From Candidatus Shapirobacteria bacterium (GTDB lineage: Bacteria > Patescibacteriota > Microgenomatia > UBA12405): DNA of 64,000 nt. Every line of letters begins with the position of its first letter. Positions within the stretch are counted from its first letter, which is position 1. Where the stretch lies: assembly GCA_041665485.1 (NCBI GenBank), contig JBAYIT010000002.1, positions 69,867 through 133,866 on the forward strand, read 5' to 3'. Shown here one piece after another: positions 40,298 through 49,354 of this stretch. The notes under the pieces are model-generated. The model worked only from the letters and a program-made list of their open reading frames with translations, had not been told where the DNA came from and did no database searches. The position numbers and the translations under genes are program-made.

Positions 40298-41384
40298 TTT
40301 CAAGATTGCTATTTTTTTTGATTGGCTCAATCAATGGGGCGGGGCCGAGCGTCTTCTTGGTGACATTTTAACTATTTTCCCCAATGCTAATCTTTATACT
40401 TCAATCTGGGACAAGTCAAAAACACCTTGGTTACCAAGCTCCACCAAAGTCTTTGTTTCAAAACTAAATAATTTTTCTTTTTTTCGCCAAAACTCACCTC
40501 TAAGCCTGGCTCTCCAACCCTTATTCTTGGAACAATTTAACTTTAAAGACTATCAACTAGTTATCTCTCTCACTTCCCAAAACGGCCACTGTCTCCTTAC
40601 TCCACCAGATACAACTTTTGTTTGCTATCACTTAAACCCCAACCGCTATCTTTACCAAATTTCTCACTCTTTACTTAAACATATTTATTCTTTTTACAAA
40701 AAAATAGACTGGATCTTTGCCCAAAGGCCAGACTACTACTTCACCACTTCTCCAACCGTCCAAAATCGAATCAAACAAACCTATGGCCGAGAAGCAGAAA
40801 TTATTCACCCCGGAGTCGACACTGATTTTTTTTGCCCCCCAAAAAACCCCAAACCAGGAAACTATTTTCTCGTTGTCTCCCGTCTGGTTGTTCATAAAAA
40901 AATTGAGCTGGCTATCCGCACTTGTCATCAGCTCAAACAAACGCTTGTTATTGCCGGTACCGGCCGAGACGAAACCCGCCTTAAAGAAATTATCCCCTCG
41001 TCTCCATTTATAAAGTTTGTTGGTCAAGTTTCAGACAAGAAACTATTAACCCTCTACCAAAATTGTCTGGCTCTAATCTGCCCTCAAGAAGAAGATTTTG
41101 GCTTAACCCCACTTGAAGCTATGGCCTGTGACAAACCGGTTATTGCCTACAACCAAGGTGGTATTCCCGACACCATTATCAACCATAAAACCGGCATTTT
41201 ATTTGCCAAACAAACAACCGAATCATTGGCTGAAGCCATTAATTTATTTTTTAAAACTAAGTTCGAAGTTCTAGACTGCCGAAGACAAAGTCTTAAATTT
41301 AGTCGTCGTCGCTTTATGTTAAACTTTACTCATTCACTAAACACAATTCTCCATGATCAACCAAAAATCCAAATTTCTGGTTAA
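40284..41384 (+). CDS. Glycosyltransferase family 4 (WbaZ-like)
   Basis: DWLNQWGGAER, IHPGVDT, VSRLV.HK, EEDFGLTPLEAMAC..PVIAY..GG. The TTG start lies inside the repeat. Confidence 0.9.
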   Translation: MKIENFKIAIFFDWLNQWGGAERLLGDILTIFPNANLYTSIWDKSKTPWLPSSTKVFVSKLNNFSFFRQNSPLSLALQPLFLEQFNFKDYQLVISLTSQNGHCLLTPPDTTFVCYHLNPNRYLYQISHSLLKHIYSFYKKIDWIFAQRPDYYFTTSPTVQNRIKQTYGREAEIIHPGVDTDFFCPPKNPKPGNYFLVVSRLVVHKKIELAIRTCHQLKQTLVIAGTGRDETRLKEIIPSSPFIKFVGQVSDKKLLTLYQNCLALICPQEEDFGLTPLEAMACDKPVIAYNQGGIPDTIINHKTGILFAKQTTESLAEAINLFFKTKFEVLDCRRQSLKFSRRRFMLNFTHSLNTILHDQPKIQISG

Positions 41385-42024
41385 AACAAGAACCATCCTC
41401 TTTAACCTTTGGAAACGGTTAGTTGATATCTTTAGTTCTCTCTTTCTCCTCCTAATATTTTCACCAATAATGATAATTACGGCTATTATTATTAAAGTTA
41501 GCTCCCCGGGGCCGATATTGTTTAGTCAACTTCGGGTTGGTAAAAATAGTCGCCCATTTCGGATGTACAAATTCCGATCAATGTTTATCGGCGACAACGA
41601 CAAAAGACTTCGTGAAGAACACCCAAAACTATGGGAAAAATACAAAGCTTCTGACTGGAAACTCCCGCTTGAAGAAGATCCGCGGATTACCCCCATCGGC
41701 AAATTCATCAGAAAATTTACCATCGACGAATTTCCTCAACTTTTCAATGTTTTCATTGGCGATATGAGCTTGGTTGGTCCTCGAGCTTACCGCGAAGAAG
41801 AACTCCAGGAGTACTCCAAAAAATACCCTCAAAGCCAAGGACACATCGACGATCTCCGTCAGATTAAACCGGGCATCACTGGCCTCTGGCAAACATCGGG
41901 TAGAAACGAACTACTCTTTGAAAAAAGAGCCGAGCTTGACTCCTACTACGCCCGCAATCTTTCTTTTCGCCAAGATATGAGAATTATTCTTAAAACACCC
42001 CTCGCCATGCTTTCTCGCTGGTAA
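41353..42024 (+). CDS. Priming undecaprenyl-phosphate sugar phosphotransferase (Bac_transf; WbaP/WcaJ C-terminal type)
   Basis: KRLVDI, Q.RVG, YKFRSM, DPRITPIGKFIRK..IDE.PQ..NV..GDMSLVGPR, KPGITGLWQ.SGR. Confidence 0.95.
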   Translation: MINQKSKFLVKTRTILFNLWKRLVDIFSSLFLLLIFSPIMIITAIIIKVSSPGPILFSQLRVGKNSRPFRMYKFRSMFIGDNDKRLREEHPKLWEKYKASDWKLPLEEDPRITPIGKFIRKFTIDEFPQLFNVFIGDMSLVGPRAYREEELQEYSKKYPQSQGHIDDLRQIKPGITGLWQTSGRNELLFEKRAELDSYYARNLSFRQDMRIILKTPLAMLSRW

Positions 42025-42053
42025 TATTAACTTTTTTCCATTAGACTTACTAA

Positions 42054-43937
42054 GTGAAAATAAAAAACATTCTCATTTCTATTATTTCTGTTCTAGTAAT
42101 TCTTGGCACTGTTCTTAGTTGCCTCGGCTTCTTTTTTGTTTATCTTCCCGGAAAGGAAGTTCAACAATCAGTTCAAAACGCAGTCGATAAGACCAAAACA
42201 CTCCAACAGGCTATTAGCTCCAAAGATCTTAAACTGGCCAAAGAAACATTAGTCGACGTCCGCCGACAACTCCAGGTAGTTAGTCAAAAAACAGAAAAAT
42301 TTAAATTTTTTCAAAAGTTACCCCGATTAAAATATTACTATCAAGACTCGCAGACTTTTCTTGATATTGCCAGTAATTCTATTGATATTGGCGATATTGT
42401 TATCGCTGCCATCGAGCCATATTCTGATTTTCTTGGACTTGCTGGTAGTAGCACCGATAGTGCTAAAACCACCCAAGATAGAATTGCTTTCCTAACCCAA
42501 AGTGTTGAAAGCCTGATTCCTCACCTTAATAGCATCGAAACCAAATTTGGCCAAATCAAATCTGACCTCGATAAAATTGATCCCAATCTATATCCTGAAA
42601 ATCTTCGTGGCTACCCGCTTCGCTCATACCTAATGAAGGCCAAACAAATGACTGACGAAACCTACGGCTATTTTAAAGACAGCCGTCCGTTACTTGAAAA
42701 AACTGCTTGGCTACTTGGCAAAGATAAACCCCGAAACTACTTTCTCATTTTTCAAAATGATGCGGAACTTCGCCCGACTGGGGGATTTTGGACCGCCTAC
42801 GGTATTCTCAAAGTCGATAATGGCAAAGTTACACCCCTAATCTCTGATGATATCTACGCTCTCGACGCCAAATTTCAAAGCACCATTCCTGCCCCTCGCC
42901 CGATCAAGGCCTATCATCTCAACGTCCCTTACTGGAATTTACGGGACATGAATATCTCTCCAGATTTTCCTGAAAGCATCAAAACTTTCTTAGGATACTA
43001 CAATAAAATATCTGGCAACAAAGACAAAATAGACGCTGTCGTCGCCATTGACACCCAAGTTCTGGTTGACCTTGTTAAGGTTTTGGGTAGAGTTGGTGTT
43101 TCCGGCTGGGGAAACTTTTCTGCCGACCCCGACAAACGCTGTGATGGTTGCCCTCAAATTATCTATCAACTTGAATGGATTGCCGGCCGGCCCAGAAATT
43201 ACATTGAAACTGATCGCAAGGGCTTTCTTGGCCCTCTAATGCAAGCCCTGTTAAGCAATGCTATGGGGTCAGAAAAAAGTAAAATCCCTCTCTTGGTAGA
43301 AGCCGCCGTTAATAATATTCACCAGAAACATATCCTCTTCTATTTTATTGACCCTTTAATGCAACAGTCAGCCGTTACTGCCAATGTTTCCGGCTCAATC
43401 TATCAATCACCGGCTAAGATGGACTATTTTCATCTCAACGATGCCAATATGAGCAGTGCCAAAACAAATTTATTTTTAAAACAAAAAATTAAACACGAAA
43501 TTATTTCTCAAAACGGTGTCGTCGAACATAAAGTCACCATTACTTATCAAAATCCGTCCAAAGCTAGTAATTGTAATCTAGAAAAAGGAGACCTTTGTCT
43601 CAACGCCCCTAAATATCGTGATTGGTTTAGGTTCTATGTTCCCCTCGGTTCCAAATTAGTTAAAATGACCGGCTCTGAAGTTGATCCGGTTCTTTACGAA
43701 GAACTAGGCAAGCAAGTTTTTGAAGGATTTTATGGCAACAAATATCCTCTTTATGCTCAAGGTAGCCTTAAAACATCAATCCAATACCAATCATCAGTCG
43801 CCCCAAGTAGTCAATATACTCTCTACCTCCAAAAACAACCCGGAACCAAGGCTATTCCCTATGAACTTTGGGTCAATGGTCAAAAATACGACGAGTTTTC
43901 CTGGACAACCGACAAGATCATCAAACTCTCTCTTTAA
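42054..43937 (+). CDS. DUF4012-domain membrane-anchored protein
   Basis: N-terminal TM segment, helical region, YFLIFQNDAELRPTGGF, LRDMN.SPDFP, QKQPGT. Confidence 0.85.
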   Translation: MKIKNILISIISVLVILGTVLSCLGFFFVYLPGKEVQQSVQNAVDKTKTLQQAISSKDLKLAKETLVDVRRQLQVVSQKTEKFKFFQKLPRLKYYYQDSQTFLDIASNSIDIGDIVIAAIEPYSDFLGLAGSSTDSAKTTQDRIAFLTQSVESLIPHLNSIETKFGQIKSDLDKIDPNLYPENLRGYPLRSYLMKAKQMTDETYGYFKDSRPLLEKTAWLLGKDKPRNYFLIFQNDAELRPTGGFWTAYGILKVDNGKVTPLISDDIYALDAKFQSTIPAPRPIKAYHLNVPYWNLRDMNISPDFPESIKTFLGYYNKISGNKDKIDAVVAIDTQVLVDLVKVLGRVGVSGWGNFSADPDKRCDGCPQIIYQLEWIAGRPRNYIETDRKGFLGPLMQALLSNAMGSEKSKIPLLVEAAVNNIHQKHILFYFIDPLMQQSAVTANVSGSIYQSPAKMDYFHLNDANMSSAKTNLFLKQKIKHEIISQNGVVEHKVTITYQNPSKASNCNLEKGDLCLNAPKYRDWFRFYVPLGSKLVKMTGSEVDPVLYEELGKQVFEGFYGNKYPLYAQGSLKTSIQYQSSVAPSSQYTLYLQKQPGTKAIPYELWVNGQKYDEFSWTTDKIIKLSL

Positions 43938-43939
43938 TA

Positions 43940-44494
43940 ATGTCCGAATTTGTTGTTACAAGGGCAATCGTCATCAATCGTCTCCCCAAGGAAAATAATA
44001 TTGACATCACTCTTCTCACCGAAAAACTGGGTAAGATTTACGTCAAAGCCAATGGGGCCCAAAAGATAACCAGTCGTCGTTTGGGCCAAATTCAACTCGG
44101 CAATATTATCAACGCCCATCTCTATCGTCATCAAAACAGCTTTTGGTTATCCGAAAGCATCGTCGAATCAGCCTTTCTCCAAAACCAAATCAGCCTGTCA
44201 CAATCAAACCTTCTCTTTTTTATCCTAGAAGTTAGCAATCGACTTCTCCCCACCGAAGTCAATCAACCGGAGATATTTTTCACCATCAAGCAAGCTGTCG
44301 ATAACATCAAAAGAAATTCTTTTGCCAAATTAATTGACAATGAAATCAAATTTCTTGATCTTCTTGGGTTCGGCCCACCCGAAGAGATAATTTTATCTTT
44401 CGATCAAAAAAAATATCGTCACTGCCAACAGCTAATTACCGCCTATTTCGAATCTCTCACCAACTACCAATTCCAAAGTTTAAAATTATGGTAA
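43940..44494 (+). CDS. recO: DNA repair protein RecO
   Basis: TRAIVI..ITLLTEKLGKI...A.GA.K..SRR N-terminal OB domain, LL..LGF.P. Usual position upstream of glyS. Start at ATG 43940. Confidence 0.8.
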   Translation: MSEFVVTRAIVINRLPKENNIDITLLTEKLGKIYVKANGAQKITSRRLGQIQLGNIINAHLYRHQNSFWLSESIVESAFLQNQISLSQSNLLFFILEVSNRLLPTEVNQPEIFFTIKQAVDNIKRNSFAKLIDNEIKFLDLLGFGPPEEIILSFDQKKYRHCQQLITAYFESLTNYQFQSLKLW

Positions 44495-44505
44495 ACTAAC
44501 AGATT

Positions 44506-44639
44506 GCAACGATGAAAAGGTTGGCATCTTGGAGTTGCTAAACAAAGTGGTCCGATAACTATCGGACAACCAGAGTGGAACCGCGGCTTTCGAAAATAAT
44601 TCGAAATTCGTCTCTGATAATTATTTAATTATTAGAGAC
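44506..44639 (+). ncRNA. Glycine T-box riboswitch (ultrashort stem I, probable translational control)
   Basis: Stem I GCAAC..GTTGC with GGC at 44523-25 in the apical loop. Stem III GTCCGAT/ATCGGAC. T-box CAGAG-TGGAACC-GCG pairs with CGT-CTCTG. A competing 13-bp hairpin ends 1 nt before the glyS ATG. Extended -10 TGgTAAACT at 44489-44497. Confidence 0.85.
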
Positions 44640-44640
44640 C

Positions 44641-45963
44641 ATGGAACAAAATAAAAACCAAGACGACACCGTCAGTAAAATAGTATCCCTGTGTAAACGT
44701 CGGGGAATAATCTTTCAAAATAGCGAGATTTACGGCGGGGTTCAAGGTTTCTATGATTTTGGCCCAATTGGTTCTTTAATGAAAAAAAATTGGAAAGATG
44801 CGTGGATCCATGACAACGTCACCAGTCGTAAAGACGTGGTCATGATCGACGGTTCAATTATTACTCACCCCCGTGTCTGGGAAGCCTCCGGCCATGTTAA
44901 AAATTTTGCTGATGATTTGGTCGAATGCAAATCCTGCCACAAAAGATTTCGCCCCGACCTTATTAATAATGCCGCCAAATGTCCTGAATGTAATGGTGAA
45001 CTTACCGACCCCCGCAAATACAATATTCTTTTTCATACCGAAATTGGGGTTATTGAAGGTGAAAAACTCCCTGCCTATCTAAGAGGAGAAGCCTGCCAAA
45101 CCATTTATCTCGATTTCAAAAATATTGTCGATAGCACCAGGGTAAAAATCCCCTTTGGTATCGCCCAAATAGGGAAAGCCTTTAGAAACGAAATCACTCC
45201 CAAAAACTTCCTTTATCGCACCCGCGAATTCGAGCAATGGGATATTCAATATTTCGTTCACCCCTCCGATATGGACAAGTGGTACGAATATTGGAAAAGT
45301 CAAAGAATGTCTTGGTACCAAAAATATTTTAATCAACAAGACAATTTACGTTTCCGCCAACACCAACCAGACGAATTAGTTTTTTATGCCAAAAAAGCCT
45401 TTGATATTGAATTTAATGCTCCTTGGGGCTGGGCTGAAATGGAAGGTATCCATTGGCGCTCTGACTACGATCTTACCCAACATTCCAAGTTTAGTGGCCA
45501 AGATTTGTCTTATCTTGATCCGATTACTCACGAAAAGTATCTTCCCTGGATTGCCGAAACTTCCGGAGGAGTCGACCGTAGTTTTTTCTTCCTCCTTCTT
45601 GATAGCTATCGGGAAGACAAACTAGAATCCGGCGAAATCCGCACTTGGCTCAAAATCCACCCCAAAATCGCCGCCTATAAAGCCGCCATCTTCCCTCTGG
45701 CTTCAAATAAACCAGAGTTAGTTTCCAAAGCCGAAAGTATTTATCAAACTTTATCGCAAAACTATTCTATCGATTTTGATGATAGTAGTAATATCGGTAA
45801 AAAATACCGTCGCCAAGACGAAATTGGCACCCCTTGGTGTGTTGTTGTTGACTACCAAACCATCACCGACAACACTGTCACTATTCGTGACCGCGACACC
45901 ATGGAACAAATTCGGCTTTCAAGTCAGGATCTTTCTTCTTGGTTACAAACTAAACTATCTTAA
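44641..45963 (+). CDS. glyS: Glycine--tRNA ligase (alpha2, class IIa type)
   Basis: SLCKRRG, EIYGG..GFYDFGP.G, VWEASGH, LRGE.CQ, IPFGIAQIGKAFRNEITP..F..RTREFEQ, IGKKYRRQDEIGTP. Confidence 0.96.
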   Translation: MEQNKNQDDTVSKIVSLCKRRGIIFQNSEIYGGVQGFYDFGPIGSLMKKNWKDAWIHDNVTSRKDVVMIDGSIITHPRVWEASGHVKNFADDLVECKSCHKRFRPDLINNAAKCPECNGELTDPRKYNILFHTEIGVIEGEKLPAYLRGEACQTIYLDFKNIVDSTRVKIPFGIAQIGKAFRNEITPKNFLYRTREFEQWDIQYFVHPSDMDKWYEYWKSQRMSWYQKYFNQQDNLRFRQHQPDELVFYAKKAFDIEFNAPWGWAEMEGIHWRSDYDLTQHSKFSGQDLSYLDPITHEKYLPWIAETSGGVDRSFFFLLLDSYREDKLESGEIRTWLKIHPKIAAYKAAIFPLASNKPELVSKAESIYQTLSQNYSIDFDDSSNIGKKYRRQDEIGTPWCVVVDYQTITDNTVTIRDRDTMEQIRLSSQDLSSWLQTKLS

Positions 45964-45977
45964 TCTATAATCAAACT

Positions 45978-46670
45978 ATGGATATAAGAAAAATAACTCT
46001 CTTCGTTCTGGTTATCTTCTCCGGCTTGGCCCTTTCAGGTTGCGGACCGGCCAAAAAAATTGAAACAACAATTACCCCCACCCCCATCCCAAGAGTTGTT
46101 GAGATGCCAGCGGAAGATAGGCCACATATCAGCTTGATTCCCCGGGTGGACGGCCACGAACTCAAACTTAAGATAGACAAAATTCCAAGCTACGTTTCTC
46201 AAATTGAGTACGAGTTACTCTACACCGCCACCGATGAAGGCAACGAAATAGAAAAAGGAGTAGGGGACACCATAAAAGTTACCGGTAACAACCTGGAAAG
46301 AGATCTATTATTGGGAACTGCCAGTTGTACCAACGGCTGTAAATACAAATATGATGCCAACATCAACGGCGGAACCCTAACCCTTACTTTTATTAATCAA
46401 AATTCTCAAGTTTCCACCTATCAAACACCTTTTCGTTTCGTTTCCGGATCAGAATTAAAAAAGACAAAACTTCTGGACCTTCCAACCGAGAATTTTTCTA
46501 TTAGTCTCAATAATCCCGCTTCAGAATTTTTCATCCTACTTAAAAATTACCGCCCCGGATTTTCCGTTTTCAGTAGCGGTTCCGGTAAAGGAAAAGTTAT
46601 CTCCATCACTCCATCCACCTTTACTAAAACCGATCTCAATCTGATTAGTGGCGAATATCTCGGACCTTAA
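45978..46670 (+). CDS. Hypothetical lipoprotein
   Basis: Signal peptide with lipobox LSGC, Thr/Pro linker TITPTPIP, LLGTASCTNGCKYKYD. TATAAT lies 6 nt upstream of the ATG. Confidence 0.8.
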   Translation: MDIRKITLFVLVIFSGLALSGCGPAKKIETTITPTPIPRVVEMPAEDRPHISLIPRVDGHELKLKIDKIPSYVSQIEYELLYTATDEGNEIEKGVGDTIKVTGNNLERDLLLGTASCTNGCKYKYDANINGGTLTLTFINQNSQVSTYQTPFRFVSGSELKKTKLLDLPTENFSISLNNPASEFFILLKNYRPGFSVFSSGSGKGKVISITPSTFTKTDLNLISGEYLGP

Positions 46671-47530
46671 TGGATTACCACCAATCTGTTCTAGCCAATG
46701 AAATAGTTCAATTACTCTCTCCTGATTCTAATAAAATATTCATCGACGCCACTCTCGGCCACGGCGGACACACCCTAAAATTACTCGAAAGGGGAGCTAT
46801 TGTTTACGGACTTGACGCCGATCCATTATCCCTTGAAATTGCCAAAAAAAGGATTGGTAAAAACAGCAATTTCCACCCAATTAATGCAAACTTTAGAGAT
46901 ATTGGCCAAATTTTTAAAATCCAAATCAATCAACCACTTGACGGCATACTTTTTGATCTTGGTCTAAATCTTTATCAACTTAAACAACAAAATCGCGGAT
47001 TTTCTTTTGACGATACCGACACTCTCGATATGAGACTGAACCCAGATCAATCTTCGCCTACAGCTACCGACCTGATCAACAAACTCACCCAGACTGAACT
47101 TGAAAACTTATTTTCAAAATATGTTCAACAACCATTTTCTCGAGAAATATGTCAAACCATTGTCAATCGTCGGCAACACAGGAAAATAACCACCGCCAAA
47201 GAGCTATCTGAAATCGTAAAAGAATTTTATCTTCAGAAAAAAATATTTTCTTCAAAACATCCCGCCACTCTTATTTTTCTCGGCCTAAGAATCGCCGTTA
47301 ATCAGGAATTTGAATCGCTATCTCTGGCTCTCAATGACTGCTTATCAATCGGACTTCCCAAAACTACTATCGCCGTCATCAGTTTTCATTCCGGAGAGGA
47401 CCGGATTGTAAAAAACTTCATTCGCCAAAACAATCTCCCAACCGGACAAATTAAAAAACCGTCAACTTCGGAAATCCACCAAAACCCACTCTCTCGATCG
47501 GCCATATTAAGATGGTTTAGCCCAAAATGA
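46670..47530 (+). CDS. rsmH: 16S rRNA m4C1402 methyltransferase
   Basis: HQSVL..E, IDATLGHGGHT, GILFDLG, RGFSF, LDMR, HPAT..F..LRIAVN.E, VISFHSGEDRIVK, NPLSRSA.LR. Confidence 0.96.
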   Translation: MDYHQSVLANEIVQLLSPDSNKIFIDATLGHGGHTLKLLERGAIVYGLDADPLSLEIAKKRIGKNSNFHPINANFRDIGQIFKIQINQPLDGILFDLGLNLYQLKQQNRGFSFDDTDTLDMRLNPDQSSPTATDLINKLTQTELENLFSKYVQQPFSREICQTIVNRRQHRKITTAKELSEIVKEFYLQKKIFSSKHPATLIFLGLRIAVNQEFESLSLALNDCLSIGLPKTTIAVISFHSGEDRIVKNFIRQNNLPTGQIKKPSTSEIHQNPLSRSAILRWFSPK

Positions 47531-47772
47531 GTAAAATCATTAAGATCACCTTTGTCGTTATTCTTATTCTGGAGCTGACCTTCTCTATTATCTATTCTCA
47601 AATAATAGTTGAGTTAAACGGGCTGTTTCAACAATCCCAAAGCCAAGTTTCTCAAGCCAACGAACTCAATCTTGATTTAACTCAAAAACTATCAGAAATT
47701 ACCTCAATCAAATCTCTCTTGGCCAGTAGTTCAGCTAAAAATTTAAAGCCAATAACCAATGTTCTCTACTAG
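47527..47772 (+). CDS. Small bitopic coiled-coil protein, probable FtsL
   Basis: 81 aa with one TM segment and a heptad coiled coil, between rsmH and ftsI (positional inference). Confidence 0.6.
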   Translation: MSKIIKITFVVILILELTFSIIYSQIIVELNGLFQQSQSQVSQANELNLDLTQKLSEITSIKSLLASSSAKNLKPITNVLY

Positions 47773-49342
47773 AGTTGGCTCTTTATCTGTTGCCATTATC
47801 ACTAGTTTTATTGTTATATTAGGCCGAATTATTTACTGGCAGTTTTACACTCCAACCAATCTTCGTCGTCAAGAAACCAGCCAAAACTATAGTGATCACC
47901 AAATAGACGAAAATCAAGGAAAAATATACTACAAAGACCATTCTCTCCTGGCTGGAAACAAAAGGGTATACAAATTATCTCTTTATAAACCAAATCTAGA
48001 TAAACCAATTGAAGATGTCCGTCTAATCCTTGAAAAGGAGATCACCAACCTTTTGCCTCAAGATAAAATTCGTCTCCGTTCAATTGTGGAGAAACCAAAC
48101 CTCAAGTGGGTTGACTTTGAAACCGAGATCACCAAGGAACAATATCAAAAAATAAGCACCATTGCCGGCCTCGAATTCAAATCAAAAACTAGTCGTTATT
48201 ACCCCGAGTCGGATTTGTCTCAAAATCTCTTTTTTGGTATAGAAAGCTACTATCGCCGACAACTCCAAGGAAAACCAGGATACTTTTATTCCAATCAGGA
48301 CGCTCTCGGATTACCGGTTTTAACTCAGCATTCATTATATATCGAACCAGTTGACGGTCTCGATCTATCTACGTCTATTGACCGAAGAATACAGTATTTA
48401 ACTGAAACCACCATCGCCGACGGCATCAATAAATATTCCGCTGACTCGGGAATGGCAATTGTTCTGGACCCTCAGTCAGGAGCCGTTTTAAGCCTCGTCA
48501 GTCTTGAGTCTAGCCCTTCTGCTAACCAAAACTCAAAGCTAATTGATCCAATTAGTCATCTCTTTGAACCAGGCTCAATTTTCAAACCATTAGTTGTTGC
48601 TGCCGCTCTCGATTCCAATTCCATCAGCGATGATTATGTCTGCCCCAAATGCGATCAACCATTTATTGCCAGCGGTTTCTCCATCAACAATTGGGACAAA
48701 TCTTTCCACCCCAACACTGACATTAAAGACATTATCAAAAATTCTGACAATATTGGTATGAGTAATATTGTCTTTGTTCTCGGCCAAAAACAATTTCTTA
48801 AGTATTTTAACCTTCTTGGTTTGGACAAAAAAACCGGCATTGACCTCCCCAGTGAAAATATCTCTCCAGTCAAATCATACTGGTCTGACATTGATCTGGC
48901 CACCGCCTCCTTCGGCCAAGGGCTTGCGGTTACCCCCATTCAAATGATTCAGGCCTTCAACTCTCTGGCCAACTCCGGCAAAATCGTTCATCCTCACATC
49001 AATCTTAATAACCCAATTAAGCCACCCATCAAAGTTTACTCTGAAAACACCGTCGAAAAAATAAATCAGATTCTTTCCTACGCCGTCAACAACGGAGTTG
49101 TCTCCCAATTCAAACCAAAAGATCTTGATGTTTGTGCAAAAAGTGGCACTGCTCAGGTCGCCATAAACGGACAATATTCCGACAACTCTTTCATCGCCTC
49201 ATATATTGGCTACTCTCCCTGTCGCCATCCCAAATTTACTTTACTCATAACCCTCTCCAATCCCAAAAGCTCGTCTTGGGGATCAAGTACTGCTGCCCCT
49301 TTGTGGTTCTCGTTAGCGGAAAAAATAGACAAACTGCTATAA
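47759..49342 (+). CDS. ftsI: Class B penicillin-binding protein (FtsI/PBP2-type transpeptidase)
   Basis: N-terminal TM segment, RYYP, G.D..SID..IQ, EPGSIFK (SxxK), SDN (SxN), SFGQG..VTPIQM, KSGTAQ. Confidence 0.9.
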   Translation: MFSTRVGSLSVAIITSFIVILGRIIYWQFYTPTNLRRQETSQNYSDHQIDENQGKIYYKDHSLLAGNKRVYKLSLYKPNLDKPIEDVRLILEKEITNLLPQDKIRLRSIVEKPNLKWVDFETEITKEQYQKISTIAGLEFKSKTSRYYPESDLSQNLFFGIESYYRRQLQGKPGYFYSNQDALGLPVLTQHSLYIEPVDGLDLSTSIDRRIQYLTETTIADGINKYSADSGMAIVLDPQSGAVLSLVSLESSPSANQNSKLIDPISHLFEPGSIFKPLVVAAALDSNSISDDYVCPKCDQPFIASGFSINNWDKSFHPNTDIKDIIKNSDNIGMSNIVFVLGQKQFLKYFNLLGLDKKTGIDLPSENISPVKSYWSDIDLATASFGQGLAVTPIQMIQAFNSLANSGKIVHPHINLNNPIKPPIKVYSENTVEKINQILSYAVNNGVVSQFKPKDLDVCAKSGTAQVAINGQYSDNSFIASYIGYSPCRHPKFTLLITLSNPKSSSWGSSTAAPLWFSLAEKIDKLL

Positions 49343-49354
49343 TTTAGCCATATC

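Noticed and set aside
26435-40300. Short arrays as CRISPR or as a diversity-generating retroelement
   Set aside because: There is no repeat-spacer structure, cas gene, reverse transcriptase or TR/VR pair with adenine-specific mismatches in the window.
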